From Tubulanus polymorphus (taxonomy: Eukaryota; Animalia; Nemertea), in the NCBI RefSeq assembly GCF_964204645.1, contig NC_134025.1, positions 28,934,299 to 28,998,298 of the forward strand: DNA of 64,000 nucleotides, given 5' to 3'. Shown piece by piece: positions 23,401 to 38,413 of the stretch (position 1 is its first letter; the number at the start of each line of letters is the position of its first letter). The notes below the pieces were generated by a model. That model was not told where the DNA came from. It did not search any database and saw only the letters and a list, made by a program, of their open reading frames with translations. The position numbers and the translations under genes were made by a program.

Positions 23401-26400
23401 AGCCACGTGCTCTTGTCACGTGAAAATGTCATATTGGCAATCAATGACAAATCCCTGAAAATGTATGTTTGATAAGTCATCAGGTGTGACGGTCAAACAA
23501 GCGAAGACGTCTGTATAAGGGAAATGCAAGACGTCTTCAAACTGTTTTTGGGTTCATTTGATGAAGTAATGAACGGACGATGAAAACCAAAACCAAAGAA
23601 ATACCACCCCCACTCCCCGCACATCCACCAAAATAAACAGCCACATTCACCACTATATATATATATATACACAGACGCAAAACCCATTTTTGTTGAGAAT
23701 GTCGCCTGATGATTTATACCAGGTCATCGGTTCTCTATATCCCAAATGACCCTTACCTTCGTTTTATTTATGCATGCATTAAAATAAGAAAATGCAGAAC
23801 GTAAGTTTTTGTTGTTACTTTAGGATATAAGTTTATATCGATAACTGGAACAATATCGTGTAAACGTAATTTCTTATTGATATCTTAAACAAATAGATAT
23901 TCATCGAAATAGCGAGTTCATGTTTTATTCATATTAAAAAGTCATCAAACATCTTGAAAATGATTGTGCTACAGAAGAATCATATATCAATTAAAGAATT
24001 CCTGAAATTCTTCACAATTCAAGATGGCTGACAATAAACTGGTATAGATTACTCTCACCTATATCATCCTCCTGCCTGCAGGTCAGACAACTCGGATCGA
24101 GATTCGCGCAAAACGGCGTCTTGAAAACCTTCTTCGGATACGAAGCTCCAGTCATCATGTTTTTAATTTCAACCCAGTATCGAGCGCCAAACATCAGACG
24201 CGGGAACTTCTGTAAATCAATAGTTTAAACATTTCTCATTCTCAACCACAGAAAATTGTACAGGGCTGCTAAAATCAAATCGTTTTTCCCTTCGTACTAT
24301 TAAATATTTTATCAAATCAATGACTTTATGAAACGTGAAAGAAACGTAAAAAACATCGTGAACTTAGTGTAATGTCAGAGCTATCGGTTCGATTTCACGA
24401 TCTCAGAAGGGCTCGGTATAACTGTTATACGCTATTCAGCTTCGAAATGCGCACAAGTGATTGATCTACAATTTTAATGACATTCTCTGATTTCTTGCAA
24501 AATGAAACAGGAAGAAGATTATTGCTTAGAATTAAAAACCATGACCGACGCATGGATATCTTTCATCGCATTCGACGCAATTTTATTGTTTGTAAAACGT
24601 ATTTTGGGAATTGTAGCCGGGGTTCCGCGCAGATGAGTCCCGCTGATAAAAACCGACGAATTTCATTCAGTAAAATTACCAGCGGACAAATCGATACATC
24701 AGTGACGTCATTTTAATGCAACATCGATGATGCAATCAATGCAGTACCACGCATCCCCCGAGGACCCCACTCATAAAGTCACCAGCCAATCCTAATGGAA
24801 CTGAACATGAAGGATTCTTCGATTTTGAAACGGTGGAAAATCAGATAAACTCATCACGAGTAAGGTGGGAAAAAACGTCAAAAGAAAACTATCGAAAATT
24901 GTATCGTTTTAAATTACCATCGGCTTGGTTCCATTTCCAAAAACACGAGCTTCTCTATAATCGCCCATATCAGATTCGCATTGTTTATTCGCTTCCTCGA
25001 TGCCCCAATTCACCCTGTATTTCGACGTTGTGCCGTTCCACGTGATATAAGCCGTCGCGATACCCTCAGAACGATCAGTTTTAACCCGAATCTGATTTGG
25101 ATCCGGTCCATCGCCTGTCCGCGTAACTTGCACTGAAACACACAGAATAAGACGCAAAACCTTATACAATGTTAACGCAAGAAATAGGAATTTACCAAGA
25201 ATTTATCAGAAATTGTTGAACATTTCATTTAACGAATATCTAGAAGTTACGATAAAAAGCATTATAATCATATCAAGTGATGCATAATATTTCGATTCTA
25301 GAGAAGTAAATGATTTCATGCATTTGACATGCTAACGCGGAGTAATAGATAGTAATTAGGATAGACACATAACGTTAAAGTAACCCATACCCACATACAA
25401 TATAACATATCCCACATAAACGCAATAATACCGAACCCTCAAATATCATGCATTCGTCATATTATCATAAATATGCATATAAACATCATATTCATTTTGA
25501 AACATGTAATAAATGTTTACAAATCATCTTCGCCAACATTCTCGAGAAGTAGAATAGATTCGGTCTTAAAAACGACCTGTCAAAACACGCATATTTTATA
25601 TACAACAACAGCAATACAGCAGGGACTGATGATGGAATTGAATGATCGATGCTGCTAATAAACGACACTTATTTTTGTAGCATAATTTGTGATTTGAAGT
25701 TTCTGAATTCGGTCTATTTACCGTTCGGTTTGCATTTTGTACAGGTATCATCGGGTGTTTCACAGGCCGGGGTTTTGAATTCGACACTGTCGTATTCAAG
25801 CGAAGGTTTTAAACCTTTAACTTGCAGCCAATAGCGCGCGTTATACTGTAGAGGATCAGTCAAATGAAAAATATCCTAGAATATAAAAAGAAAGAAATTA
25901 GTTTGATTAAAGCAGAGGTTCAGAACGAATACGACCATACATTCTTATTTGCTTTGTTACCTCAAAACCATCTTTCATGAATTTTACTTTTTTCTGATGT
26001 TCGTCAATAGTGTCAGCAGGACAGAGCCTAGGATCAATTTCTATTGGGGCGTACATCACTATATATTCTTGGGCTTTATTTGGCCAGCGGACGATAGCTC
26101 GAACCGTTTCATTTTCAACCTTTAGTTTTATCTCGGTATCCATAGGATTTTTAATATCCAAGTTCGTTGACCTTGGTTCCGTTCCGGGCATTCGTTCTAT
26201 TTCTTTCATTTTGTTGTCTTCATCTGGAAAATTATTCGTTTGCAAGGATTGAATTATCAACGCGCAAAACAAGTTTAAGTTAAACATATTAATGGTTTGA
26301 GCCAGTTCTATTTTTTGGCATGAAAATAGAATAAGTACGCAATAACAATTCTCGTACGCAATAACAATTCAAGTTACGAACGCATCATAACTTTTTTAAA

Positions 26401-29400
26401 TATAATATATATGTTTATATATTTTGATGAGTTGCCAACTCAAATGGAAACAGTTTGCATTACTCATATTTCATAATTTACATTCTTTCATAACGCGCTC
26501 CTTGAATATCTAACATAGCAACATAAATCAAAAGTTCCCATCACGCTTGTTGATTCGTCTTAATAATTCATAGGCAATTATCTAGCTATAAAGAGCCCAG
26601 TCCCATATATAAGACGCCGGGCTTAGAGCTTCATAATAGAGGTCTATAACAAAAACCCAAGATCGAACCATGTGAACTGCTGTTTTTGCTACGCCACTCA
26701 GCTGGTAACATGTAAATCAAGGCACGTTTAAAATGCATATGATTCAGCTGGATGATGTAATTCTACTCATTCGATAGAGAGATTATAAAGATGTTTTACA
26801 TATCAGCAAGTTTCATAATAGTATGAGCGATATTTAACATTAAACGGAAACGTATACCTTCGTTTGAAAAACATCTTTTGTAAGTGCTGTCAGTTTGTTG
26901 ACAGTTTGGCGTCGTAAACATTTCCTTTCTATATTCAACGTTGGGCGAACGACTTATGATATCGACCCAGTACAAGGAATTAAAGAGGAGTCCCTCGATT
27001 TCTGATTTTTCGTTCTGAAACAAGAAGATATACCGTTTTGGGATACTTAAACCGGAACGTAGAAATGGATTCTGATCGTACGTTTTTTTTTCGATACGTT
27101 TATATACATAGAAAATATAGTTGATATCAATGAAGTGTATGACAACTTGTTCGTAAACAAAATTCAGTGAAATCGGTGAAACGATTAAATAAACATTATT
27201 CAGACAGCGACATATGTTAAAATGTTTAATTCCAGGGACGGGGATTATTCTATACGTACATCGCTGAATAATACCAAAAATACATGTATGCATACATATT
27301 TTTATCACGGATTGACAATCCGATTGCAAGTAGCATATTCGACAGTCCTCAGATACACTGAGGGCAGATTGCGGTTCGACGTACTACTATGCGCGGTTTC
27401 ATCCGCCCGCATATTACACTCCTCATTCTTCGTATAGATAATGAAAACTAGTAGCACAACAAATGTGCGATAATAAAACATCTTGGACAATAGTCGCCAC
27501 TGAGTTGCGATGGCTTTATCTGCCATCACGTTTCTAATTGTAGCAAAGTTGTAGCCATTATAAACACGTTAGTTCATTATTCACCAGTTTCAATAATTTA
27601 CCGTCTAAATTATTACTTGACTTTTGTTCGTTAACCTCTGAGCTAAGCATTTTCGTAGTTTTATTCACAAAGCGCACGTGCCCATATTGAGCATAAGTCG
27701 GTCGAAAGGCGAAGACGACAATTGATGGCCGTTATCTGTCATATCAAACGATACTTCGGCCTTACTAGAATATCTATGTGCTATGGTAACAAGTGAATAT
27801 TACGATATTCGAGTGGACAATCAAACATCATTGTATCCGAGTTCGACAACTTAACAACGGGTACATCATATAAATATTACCTGGTTAGATGATGCTGGAA
27901 TGGCTCTCTCATTGAATTCGTCCACAGTTGCATTGCATCTTGGAATATTTCGATATATATTACAGTCATCAAAGCCGTAAGACATGTAATATAAATTGCC
28001 CTTGTTTGGCCACTGTATCACAGCTTTTAGTGTTCCGTTATGACGTTCAACGCGAACGCTAACGTCATAAACTGCGCCCATAGATAACGTATTGACAGGC
28101 CTATCAGGCTGTGTCAAGTAGGATTCGGCTGCTGAAATAGGAGATGCTATTTGATCGTAGATACATGGGTTATAATAGTGAACCGACTGGACACATGCTA
28201 GAGGGGTTAAAACAGAGAAATTGCTAAATATATGTGTATATGTATATAATAATATGAAACCGCCATTAAAAAACTTCTACCACTAATGATTGATCCCGTT
28301 ACCTCTATATCCATGATTACCCGAATAAGAAAGGTCAAACCCCAATTCTCAGATTCCGTGCAAGTGTTTCGTCTGCACATTCTGGTGTATCGTTTTTAGT
28401 ATTAAGGTTTTTTTTTTGAAGCGAATACCATGAAGATTTCCGATTTCCAAACAATTTAGATTTTGGATTTTCTTTTCGCTAGCGCTGATTTGGTACGAAT
28501 GCTTATTTAGGACCACGTGTTTATATTCGATTACAATGAAACATGATGATGAAGGGATGACCAGAGAACGATAGCAGTACTTTAGAACAGATGAAACATA
28601 CACTGGCAGCAGACTCGTGTTGGACAAAATATTGAAGCCGCATGCAAGTAGGACTAACTCATATCTCTAAATCCAGACTAGTTCATATGCTTACTCAATC
28701 GATTTCCTATTCGTTTCTTCTTCGCAACGATTTGTCCGATAAGTCCCGTTTCATTGATGGCTACAATTTTAAACTCGGCCTGGTTCGGTAATACACCTGT
28801 CTTGACGCCGGCACTTGTAGTGGCAGTCTGCAAAAAGAGAAAATATAAGTTAACCGAGTCGAGTAGAAACTGCTGTTTGCTTGAGATATTTGTTTAGCCG
28901 TCACTTGTTTCCCAGTTGCAATCCATATAAGTTCCGCAGTATGGGTGCGGTTGGCCGTCCGAGATTTTTCATGTTAATCAAAATCGACCAAAAAATCTTT
29001 AGAAGAGGATTTTTGAGCAAAATATTTGAAATGAAAAATAATCACCTGCATGACCTCGTGCCAATATCTACTTCCGGTTTCCCTTGCCAATAAAACATAT
29101 ACTAGTGTACTATTACTGACGCCTATTTCGCGTGGAACTGGGCGTTGCCAAGTTACTCTTAATACTCTTCCATTATCCGATATTTTGGGTTTAGAAAATT
29201 TCCAAGCATGTCTACTTCTTAGAGCTGAAATAGGAAGATGTATTTTGGTTATCAAACTCTTTAATCTATTTATCGGGATTTTCTTTTGGTCATCGCATAC
29301 TTACGGAGAAAATTCCTTTTCTCTAATCCATATCGGAAAAAACATGCAGTCTGGCAACCACATTTCTGCAAAAGAATTATTTCATTTTATATGAGGCCAT

Positions 29401-32400
29401 ACGATTATTATAGCACCGGGATCAATTAAAACAATATAAACGACCAAAATAGTAGTCAGCGGACTAAATTTCTGTGATTATTTGAATCCATCAACGGTTT
29501 AGCGAACGATTAATGCAGCTTTCAGTGGGAATTTAAGTTCAAGTTGCCTTTTTTTTCGTATACAAAAGAATCAAACTATTGTAGGAACGGTTCGTGAACA
29601 ATGTTCGACACTGTTTGAAGTACGTTTTTATTCTTAACAGAAACCCCACACGTGTATAAAGTAAATATACTTATTGAACGGCTGGTGTATGTGGCGAGGT
29701 GCCCTTTTGGGCGCTCCTACTTCAATAGATGTCAAGCATCAATATATTGGGCGCCTTTAGTTTGATAGTTTGACGTTTTCTTTTAATTCAATTCGCATCA
29801 TGACGTACATGGCGGTTTACTATATGTCGTACAGCGATCATAGTAAAAACTAAACCACTTTATTTTCATGGTATCGATGTTGGTTTCAAGTGGCAGATGT
29901 TTCATTCAAATATCAACTGATTTCGATTTTATACATCATAACTAACTTGAATTACGAGAAAAAGGGACCGATATTAAACGCGTCATTAGCAATATAAAAC
30001 TCAATCATGAATATCGAGTTGTTTTTCGACTCAAAATCTGAACAACTCATATAAATGATAATGCGGTGTTAGTTATCAGGGGCACAGAACAAATAGAACA
30101 TGTTAGCCGTTACTTTCAATAGTATCAGTGACGTCATTTCTGTTATTTTGAGTCAGATAATAAAAAAGAGGCATTCATGACGTCGAAGATATATTCTCGT
30201 TACCGTGGCGACTTAAATAGATATCGTGCAGCCCCTCCCGAAAACTCGTAAAAAAACCACCAGGATTCAGAGCATCGTGCTCGATAATTTTCAGGTTTGG
30301 ATATCTTTGAATTTCTTGGAGGTTTTGTTGGAAACCTTATTTCTTCCTGAGCGTGATAGATAAGACGTTAAGCTATGAATTCGCATTCGGCTATCGCTTT
30401 TGCAGTTCGCCAGTATCGATGTCTTTGATTGTGAAACACGCAACGCTGGTTCTTATTGAGATAACCAAAGAATGTTCGCACAACTAATTTAATACCTCAG
30501 TAATAAGCCTAAGACACAGGCGTATCGCTTTCATTCGATCCAAATTTATTGAAGTTTTTAAATCTTATGGACTTTCTGGAGGACACAGGAAGTTTCGTGG
30601 CTTCAGGATTTGCGTGAAATATAAATCTACTAATTATTAAGTTTTCGTGATGATTCTCACGAAACTCCACATCAGTCGACATCGTGAAGGGTTGGGATTC
30701 AATGTGTTTAAAATTCATCTAAAACTATTTTTCAATACAACATTGTTTTGAATTGCTCGTATATAAATCATAAAATATTATAAACTTTATCATTGTTTTT
30801 TTCCGCATCCAGGACAGGTAAATGTAGATGCAAGCTGTCGACCGTTGAACCAGTGTTTATTCAGCCTACATAATGTTTATTTCAAAATAGATTTATCTTA
30901 CACTCTCCTTGGGTTGAATATTGAAAATGTTTGTAATTTGTATATTCAGCTATACTTTTTTTGTTAACACAACAACAGTGTCAACGAATTCAGCTTATTG
31001 TTTAGATTCACCCACAACAAATTTGATGTTGGCCCAAGTCATAGTAGAAATAATTGATCAGCTGAACAGTTTAATACAACATTCGCGTGGAAATTAGAAG
31101 CGCAAACTATTTATCAGTTACTTACGCAGCTGTGCATGCTTGAGCATGGACCATATGTTGTACCATACACTACACATACCGAGTGACACTGTAAATAAAT
31201 GATAAAATGTAGAATCTATTAATATCTCCCAGAAAAACTGCTTCCCCTGCTCTGTTTTCTTGGACCAACAGGTGTCTTAGCTGGGGCCTAGTCACACAGT
31301 TGTGACTTACCCGAGCAGAGTTTACTTCTGAATTTAGGCTTAGGTTTCTAAGCCCATCTTGGGACTTCGTTATCGAGGCCCAGAGTGACTGAAGCCTCAA
31401 ACATGACGTTAAGATGCTTAATTTAGATCAGACTGTGTTGAACCAGCCCCCCCCCCACTGGACCCAAAGAGGTTTAAGCACTGTTTATAAATGAAGATAG
31501 AATCGAGTTGACCTTATACAAATGCATCATTTCACTCGGATCTCTTTGAATCGGGGAACACAGAGGAAATCAGGTGGACAGATAACAGGAAGCGAGTAGG
31601 CTTGTATCCATTAGAAACATTTCGATTCACAAAGTCATCGTTTAATGTTTAATATGTACAATATTCTAGTATTGACTTTGTTTGGCTTAGCATGAAATCT
31701 CTTGCGAAAATATAACAAAGAGCTACATTAAGAGAAATTGATTTCACTGATGGTTTTTATATTTGGAAATCAGAGAAAGGCTTCATTAGAGTATCATTTC
31801 GTGTGCATCGTTGTGAAATTATGAAAATGCTCTCAAAAAAGTGTTGCCATCGAGAAGTTATTGGCATCTAATAAAAGTAGAACATATCTATATGATTCTT
31901 CAACTAATATTCATATTGATAATGTCAATTTACACCAACGGCCAATGGTTTATTATATTAAACACTTTATATATTCTGAAGTAGAATTTATCTGAATTGA
32001 AATACATACACATTGCGATGGATCGCACACGGGGTCGTACAGATTATACATTTCCTCACACATAAACCAGCACTGAAAAATGATATTACAAGCATATGAA
32101 TAATACATGTATTAAGAACGTTTCTACGTTTTCTAAACCAAAAGATGAAAAGGCAGTTCCATTGTTAGAACATTGAGAAAAAGGTGAAGGGAGAAACTTC
32201 AAAGTTTTCAATCCTTGTGATCTTTTTTCTTGAAGCACTTGGTTGCCCGCTGTGTTAGCAAAATTAAAGTTAACATTTTTATTTTGTTTCAGTCATTTGA
32301 ACGTCCAAACTGTAATCGGAATGAGAGATCAAAGTTATCGAGGTTCGTGGTGCCTAAACCTTTCAACCATATCCTTGAATTTCGGTTGATGTCTATTTAA

Positions 32401-35400
32401 CGACTAGATGTCGTTATTACTCTTATCTGCTGTCGATGGAGATTTTAAGACATGGCTCATAATTGAAAATTAGCAATTCATGCGATTAAACATGCGATAA
32501 TGTTATCTCACTAAAGGCATTGTAAGGTTTGAGTGATTTATCGCAACTCGGGAACTTCGATATTAACATTTATTTTGCTGTCGGTAAGGTTTCTATCATG
32601 TCCAGCTATTTGAAACATGCGTCAGTCTATTGTTCGTGATGGCATCGCGAAGCTATCAATTATGACAGGCTAATATCGAAATATCGGAAGACTAGGGAAA
32701 GTATTGAGAGCTAATATTCACTGATTCAGATGATACGCTACGTAAGGTCCATTCAACGGACTGTACGGCGTCAAAAATACCCGCATACAATCCGTTAGTC
32801 GTCTTTTTCGTTGTGCAGAAGACGCATCCGTCATTTTTGTGTAAATACGTTTGCACCGAAATTGGTTGTTGACAAAAAACTGTTCAAACCAATTATGCCC
32901 CTCCGTAAATATGAAATCTCTACGAGTTGAAATCGACAATACAGAATGAGCTGTCTCCACGCTTGAAATAAATGCAAAAAATATGATGTAACGCACATCG
33001 GATATAGTTTTGCCTCGTCCATTTATATTTGTCATCTTTACGACGACGTTCGACGTATGACTTAAGATGAAAGTCGAATCGTAGTTTATCGAGTGCGGGG
33101 CACATATACGATCGATCGCATGACAAAAACAATCTTTAGAAAGAATACGACCCTGGGTTTGGTAAACCGATTCATCAGAATGGAAAGAGTATGGAAATTA
33201 TTCTCAGAGGTGTTGAACGTATATTTGAATAATTGATAGTAAGTTTCCAATCATCGCGGGTTCCATAAAAATCCAAATCATTTCGTGTAAATGTCGTATA
33301 CATGAATAGATCCACGTTCTTCTCGTGGCCTTTCGTGATAAGCTACATAATTATTCCTTAGTTATTCATCATAATTTCCCGTGATATATAAATTAGTAGT
33401 GATTTATGAACGAACTTGCGCATCGCATTGCGGTTAATTACGTTGTTAATAAGTTATTCAATAGTAAAGAACCGAAAAGAAAAAACTTTATTAATTAGTT
33501 CAATAATTTACGTTTTCATTACTTTCATCGAAAGACGCGGTGGTCACCGGTCTCGTCAATCCAATTTTAGAACTGTTTGATGTTTTTCCTAGGCGCCGTG
33601 AGTGGTTCAGGGGTTCATAAGTTTTTTTTCGCATGGTGCAGCAGATTTAACGGAAAGGCAAACGATATCAGAAGTATTCAAAGTCTTCCAATTCCAAGTC
33701 TTAATTCTGAACACATATATTTGCAGTTCGTGACAATGACCGAAAATATTGTCACATTAACTCGCCTTAAACTGATAGCAACAATATCGGGCTTAATTAA
33801 TGTCTGAGACAGGAGATGTAGGAGATAAGAGGATAAGCCAGACATATATACAATTAGTGATGATCGTTAAATAATAACGAAGTATCCCGGGACGGAAAGA
33901 AATGTGTCTATCATTTCCATCATTTCCATTTGAGTGAGTCATGAACTTTTCTATTCGCTGACTGGAAGCCTTATTCTGATTTATCGAAGTAACAAGTGTA
34001 TGTAGTTTAGAAAATGGCGTCTATAACGCTTTAAAGGCTTCGAGATTCTCAGAAAGGCTGACTCAAAAACAACTATTTTGACAATATCTTCTCGAATATC
34101 GTTAATATAAAGATACTGAAATATATCAGATTTTGGAAGACGAAAAAGGTTTTCAAAACTTCATCATCGACAAATATTCAAACATCGATTTTTTGGCTCA
34201 GCGAACGAAGGCGGTGCGATATCTTTACCGAAACACGCGAGAAATTCTGCGTGTTTCATCGCGATGCTACAATATTAATGACAACTCGACAATAACTACC
34301 GGAAATACATGTAATTTAGACTGCGCTGCAATAACTATAATATACCGAACACGCGAATTCAGACGTTTAAGTGATAACAATTTTTCTCGTATCTATCGAG
34401 GGTAGTTTATGTAAAGTTTTCATTTTTTCTAGGCAGCATTGGTCGGTTATGGTCACTAATCGTGTTATGTCCGTGGATAGAGCGAGATCCATATGTAATT
34501 AATACGAGCTAAATCATATCCTGTTGTTGTGATGTCACATTATTATTGATGGAGTAGAAAGCTTTGTTGTGGAAAGATCTGTAGTAAACTAATCACGTGT
34601 GCGTGTTTAATTACTTGGTATGAAGAAAATGGATTAGTCTAAGAAAGTAAGGCCCCGGATATCAGCACCAGGGTGTGCTGCGGTTTACATCACGCTATAT
34701 TTGTATCATTGCTTCATAATTGATAACTCAAGACTCGATATCCCCGATACCCATGGTGATTATTACGTAAACTATAAGATATATTGTGTTTTGTCCGACT
34801 GTCCTAAATATATACAAGTTCGCGATATCAAATACATTGAAATACAGCGTCAAATTAAGAATCTTTGAGGTAGCATAATTCAATTAAATCCATCAAGCGA
34901 TTAAGGGCATTTAAAAGGCACATTTATTGAATTTCACGTTTATATAAAACACCGTACTTGTGAAATCATCGACCTTTACGCGATCTAATATTTGTAGGTT
35001 ATTCATCGAAATTGAAAGCCTCGTTTATTCAGCCGTTGGAAATATAAAACAATTTGTGCAAATTCAACTCGGTATAAAATACAAACTCAACCGATATGTA
35101 CGATATGTGCGATTGACTTTTACCAACAGCTCATTAGATCTAACTACATCATGAAACTAGACTTGACTCTACACATGACTGACAAAGTTAAGATATATGA
35201 ATAAAATACATAAATACAATCTTCTTGGAAAAAACATGCGAATTTTAGACGCGTATGTTACACGGTCATTCACACGTAGGTAATGAATATTAAAATCTTA
35301 TCGGCTGCGGCAGGCGCTTCTTGTAAATAGCGACCCTGCGCCCGGCTCATTTACTCAATGTGATGACGTACAACTGTGCATAGTACTGATAGAACTAGTC

Positions 35401-38066
35401 GTATTTGTACAGTACCCAGCGAAGCAAACTGATAGGATTCACGGGTCAAAAATACACCGATACAATTACCAGGCAAGCGTAAAAGAAAATCTTAATAATT
35501 GTATTGGATAATTATTTGGTCTCTGCTGGGAAATCGTAATCGTGTCGTCATCGTTAAGTTCATAATTGGATGTCAGAATATTCAAAAGTTCACTCTTCGC
35601 GTGGATTCTAGAAATAAACGATGCGGTTTAATTCCGTCGCCGATTACGATTTTTTTTTTGCACAAAGAATCATACGATGCGCGACTTTCGGAGAAACTTA
35701 CCCTCGCACAATCCGGGATTTTAGAGCATTTTCGATCGCGAGTCTTCTCTTGTGTAAACAAAAACTGAAAGTTAAAATTGATTCTTAATATATTTCACTG
35801 ACTATGTATTCGGTGGGGATAATCTCTAACCTCGAAATATGTTGGCATTATGGCATTTTGATTGATATAACAATCTATATTCGGAGCCATGGAAAAAGTC
35901 CAAACAAAAAATCCATACACAAAATAGGTATGATATCGTGCAGCATATGAACTGTTAAAACCCTACAAGGCGGAGCTAGCGCCGGCTTGAGTTAGTAAGT
36001 GTAGTTACTATCAGTTATAGAGATCAGTTACAATCCCACCGGTGCAACACTCAGATTCTCCGCTCATCAATTTCCGCAAACCAACAAATTTCCATCGGCT
36101 CAATGTTATCTCACGAACACAAACTCTTCAACTGATGTCACTTTGCCATATGTTCATATAATGATAATCCATTCTCAATCACTCGACACAACGCGCATAT
36201 AAATCTAACTAATAGCCAACCTTGTAAAGATGTTATCTATGGTTTTCTATCATTTCTCACGTGTCACGAGCCACGATGATCTTTAGAGACCGGGGTTCTC
36301 AATATTTTCCTATCGGATTTTCACACCAAGAATCACTCATGAGGCAATTATCAAATGCGTCTCAGGCGTTGATTTATATACATTATGACGTGGTTAATTA
36401 TATGCTGATTTTTGTGTGATTCCGTACAAAAAAGACATCAAAAAAGAAATATTCCAGGGATACGGTGAGATCAAAAATTTTTTTTTGAATATGTTTCGAA
36501 TGAATATAGCACCTGCTATCAGCAATACGGTCTATAGAATTTACAAATGTAGTTTTTTGCACGTGTTACAACCCAAATTTTCAGAATTGAATAAAAGAAA
36601 GTTTAGTTCGTTTGCGTCTATGACGTTAGATAGGTTTAGATTGAGGACAAATTACAAAAGCTTTTCAGTCCCGATTTAAAATAACAGATGGACATTTAAT
36701 ACTCAATCACTAGTGTTATTACTTTAGTGCATCTATTAGAATCCATATCTAACCCTCAAATCGGTTAGTGCATTTTAAGAGTTTTTTTTTCCTATTAGCA
36801 TACCGCGTGTGAAATACTTACAAAATCGAATACACACATAAAATGAATATGTGTGTTCGTTTTGAAATTCGAGACATTTGAATTGATAACGAAGCAAACA
36901 TTTCACAACGACATCGTTTAGGGACAAAATAATGCATAATGTTACCTGTTTAACGCAAAAACTTCTGCACCTCGCCGTATTAATGAGGGTTTGCCAACTA
37001 GAGTTCGACGACACGAATGGTATCAACACCAGAAGGAAATATATCCACAGCGAAAATTCAGCTGAAATGATAAATAAGACCCGTGGTAAAATCACCGTCC
37101 GAAGATAACCGGTATTATCAGAGCTAAAACATATTCTAAATGCGTTCAGACGATACTTAACAATATATGAGCATGGTATATTTTGGTATAGATTATTTAA
37201 AATTTTCAGTGATTCACTTCTTGAATAATTGGAACAATGACATTTAAACAATGTCACACTGGGAAAGACACTAGTCGAAGCAATTAAGATCCGTATGAAG
37301 AAAGCAGAACAAAAGAGCTGCGTTAGACGAGGGATAACTTCAAAAGTATAAAATATCGAAGGTAAAGATTATCATAAGGTTCTAACCGATATTACAATAT
37401 TAGAAAAGCGAACAATGTCGTTACCTCTACGATATTCAATTACAAAAGACTTTTACCAACAAAGAAAATAAGATCACTTCTTAAAGCCTGTTTAAACTAA
37501 TGGATTCCAGGCCCCGGTCGACCACCTACACGCCCCAGCGTCAAGGGGCCAGCGAGCCCAACTGCCGTAAGGTGGCTATTTAAATGAACTAAGCTTAAAA
37601 ATGTGGGATTCTACAAGCTGTTTATCGGACTCAAACATTTTAGCGATCGAAAATTCTGTTCGACTCTCAAAGACGTTGTTCCACGTGAATCGCGTCGATT
37701 TTACCGATACAATGAATAAATAGAAAAAATGTCGGCATTCTTTGAAACTGTTGGTCCGTTATTTCTCGATCGTGCAGGAACTGCGGTTGCTTAATTTACG
37801 GGTGACAATAAAACTAAGAATGATATTGTTTCTGATCAGGACGCGTGATAATAGTAAATAAAAACTCGCCGCTAATACGTGACTGCTATAATCGGCGATA
37901 ACTTCACTCCATTCCGGGAAGGTTATTTATTTATGTTATTGCTCATATTAGCCAGATTTACTTAGGCAATTTACGACCTCAAAGAAAGTGCGAGTAATAA
38001 GTGAATACATTATACCCGTCATATTCAAACTCACATTTTGATGTAGTAATTCTGATCATGGCTATT

Positions 38067-38108
<42 letters not shown>

Positions 38109-38413
38109 TAATTCAACCACTTGTATTAGAAGAGTAAACACTCATTCAACATTATTATTGTCAGTTTCAAACGTGAATAAATATCACATTGAGTAAGAAC
38201 ATCGACGAATATCCTCATACTTATCATAGATACTATGATAGTCGTTTATTCCATGTCTTATCTTGTCGTGGAATTATCATGATCAACTAATTCCATGATG
38301 CAAGCACCGTATTATCCAGTTCATTTATGGCGCTATGATGTTTGATTAACAAATAGAAAAAAATTCTAGCTCTTGAAACCACATATATCAGTTTACTTAC
38401 CCATTCTGTACAT
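20493..38413 (-). CDS. Receptor tyrosine kinase (RET/FGFR/Torso/Cad96Ca-like kinase domain) with Cys-rich N-terminal cap and FN3-like ectodomain; about 20 exons, N-terminal exon set partly unresolved
   Basis: Kinase motifs [67 protein letters not shown] segment [24 protein letters not shown] (~22440-22510). FN3-like exons at 22.6-29.2 kb; Cys exons at ~29.3, ~32.0 and ~37.0 kb. A micro-exon 38413-38401 (MYRM) spliced to ~37061 gives the signal peptide [20 protein letters not shown]. Confidence 0.85.
31282..31450. mobile_element. Degenerate MITE of the GGCCRGTT.CACAGT family in RTK intron
   Basis: ctggggcctagtcacacagttgtgactta ... cagactgtgttgaaccagcccc inverted ends. Confidence 0.5.
38070..38105. 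repeat. (AT)n microsatellite
   Basis: Perfect AT dinucleotide run. Confidence 0.95.

Noticed and set aside
27305-27529. Intronic ORF with a hydrophobic stretch as an alternative first exon of the RTK
   Set aside because: I found no convincing phase-compatible donor before its stop; needs transcript data.
37508-37577. GC-rich hairpin-forming patch (ggcccc...ggggcc) as a ribozyme or ncRNA
   Set aside because: No match to hammerhead, HDV, twister, tRNA or snRNA cores that I could recognise.
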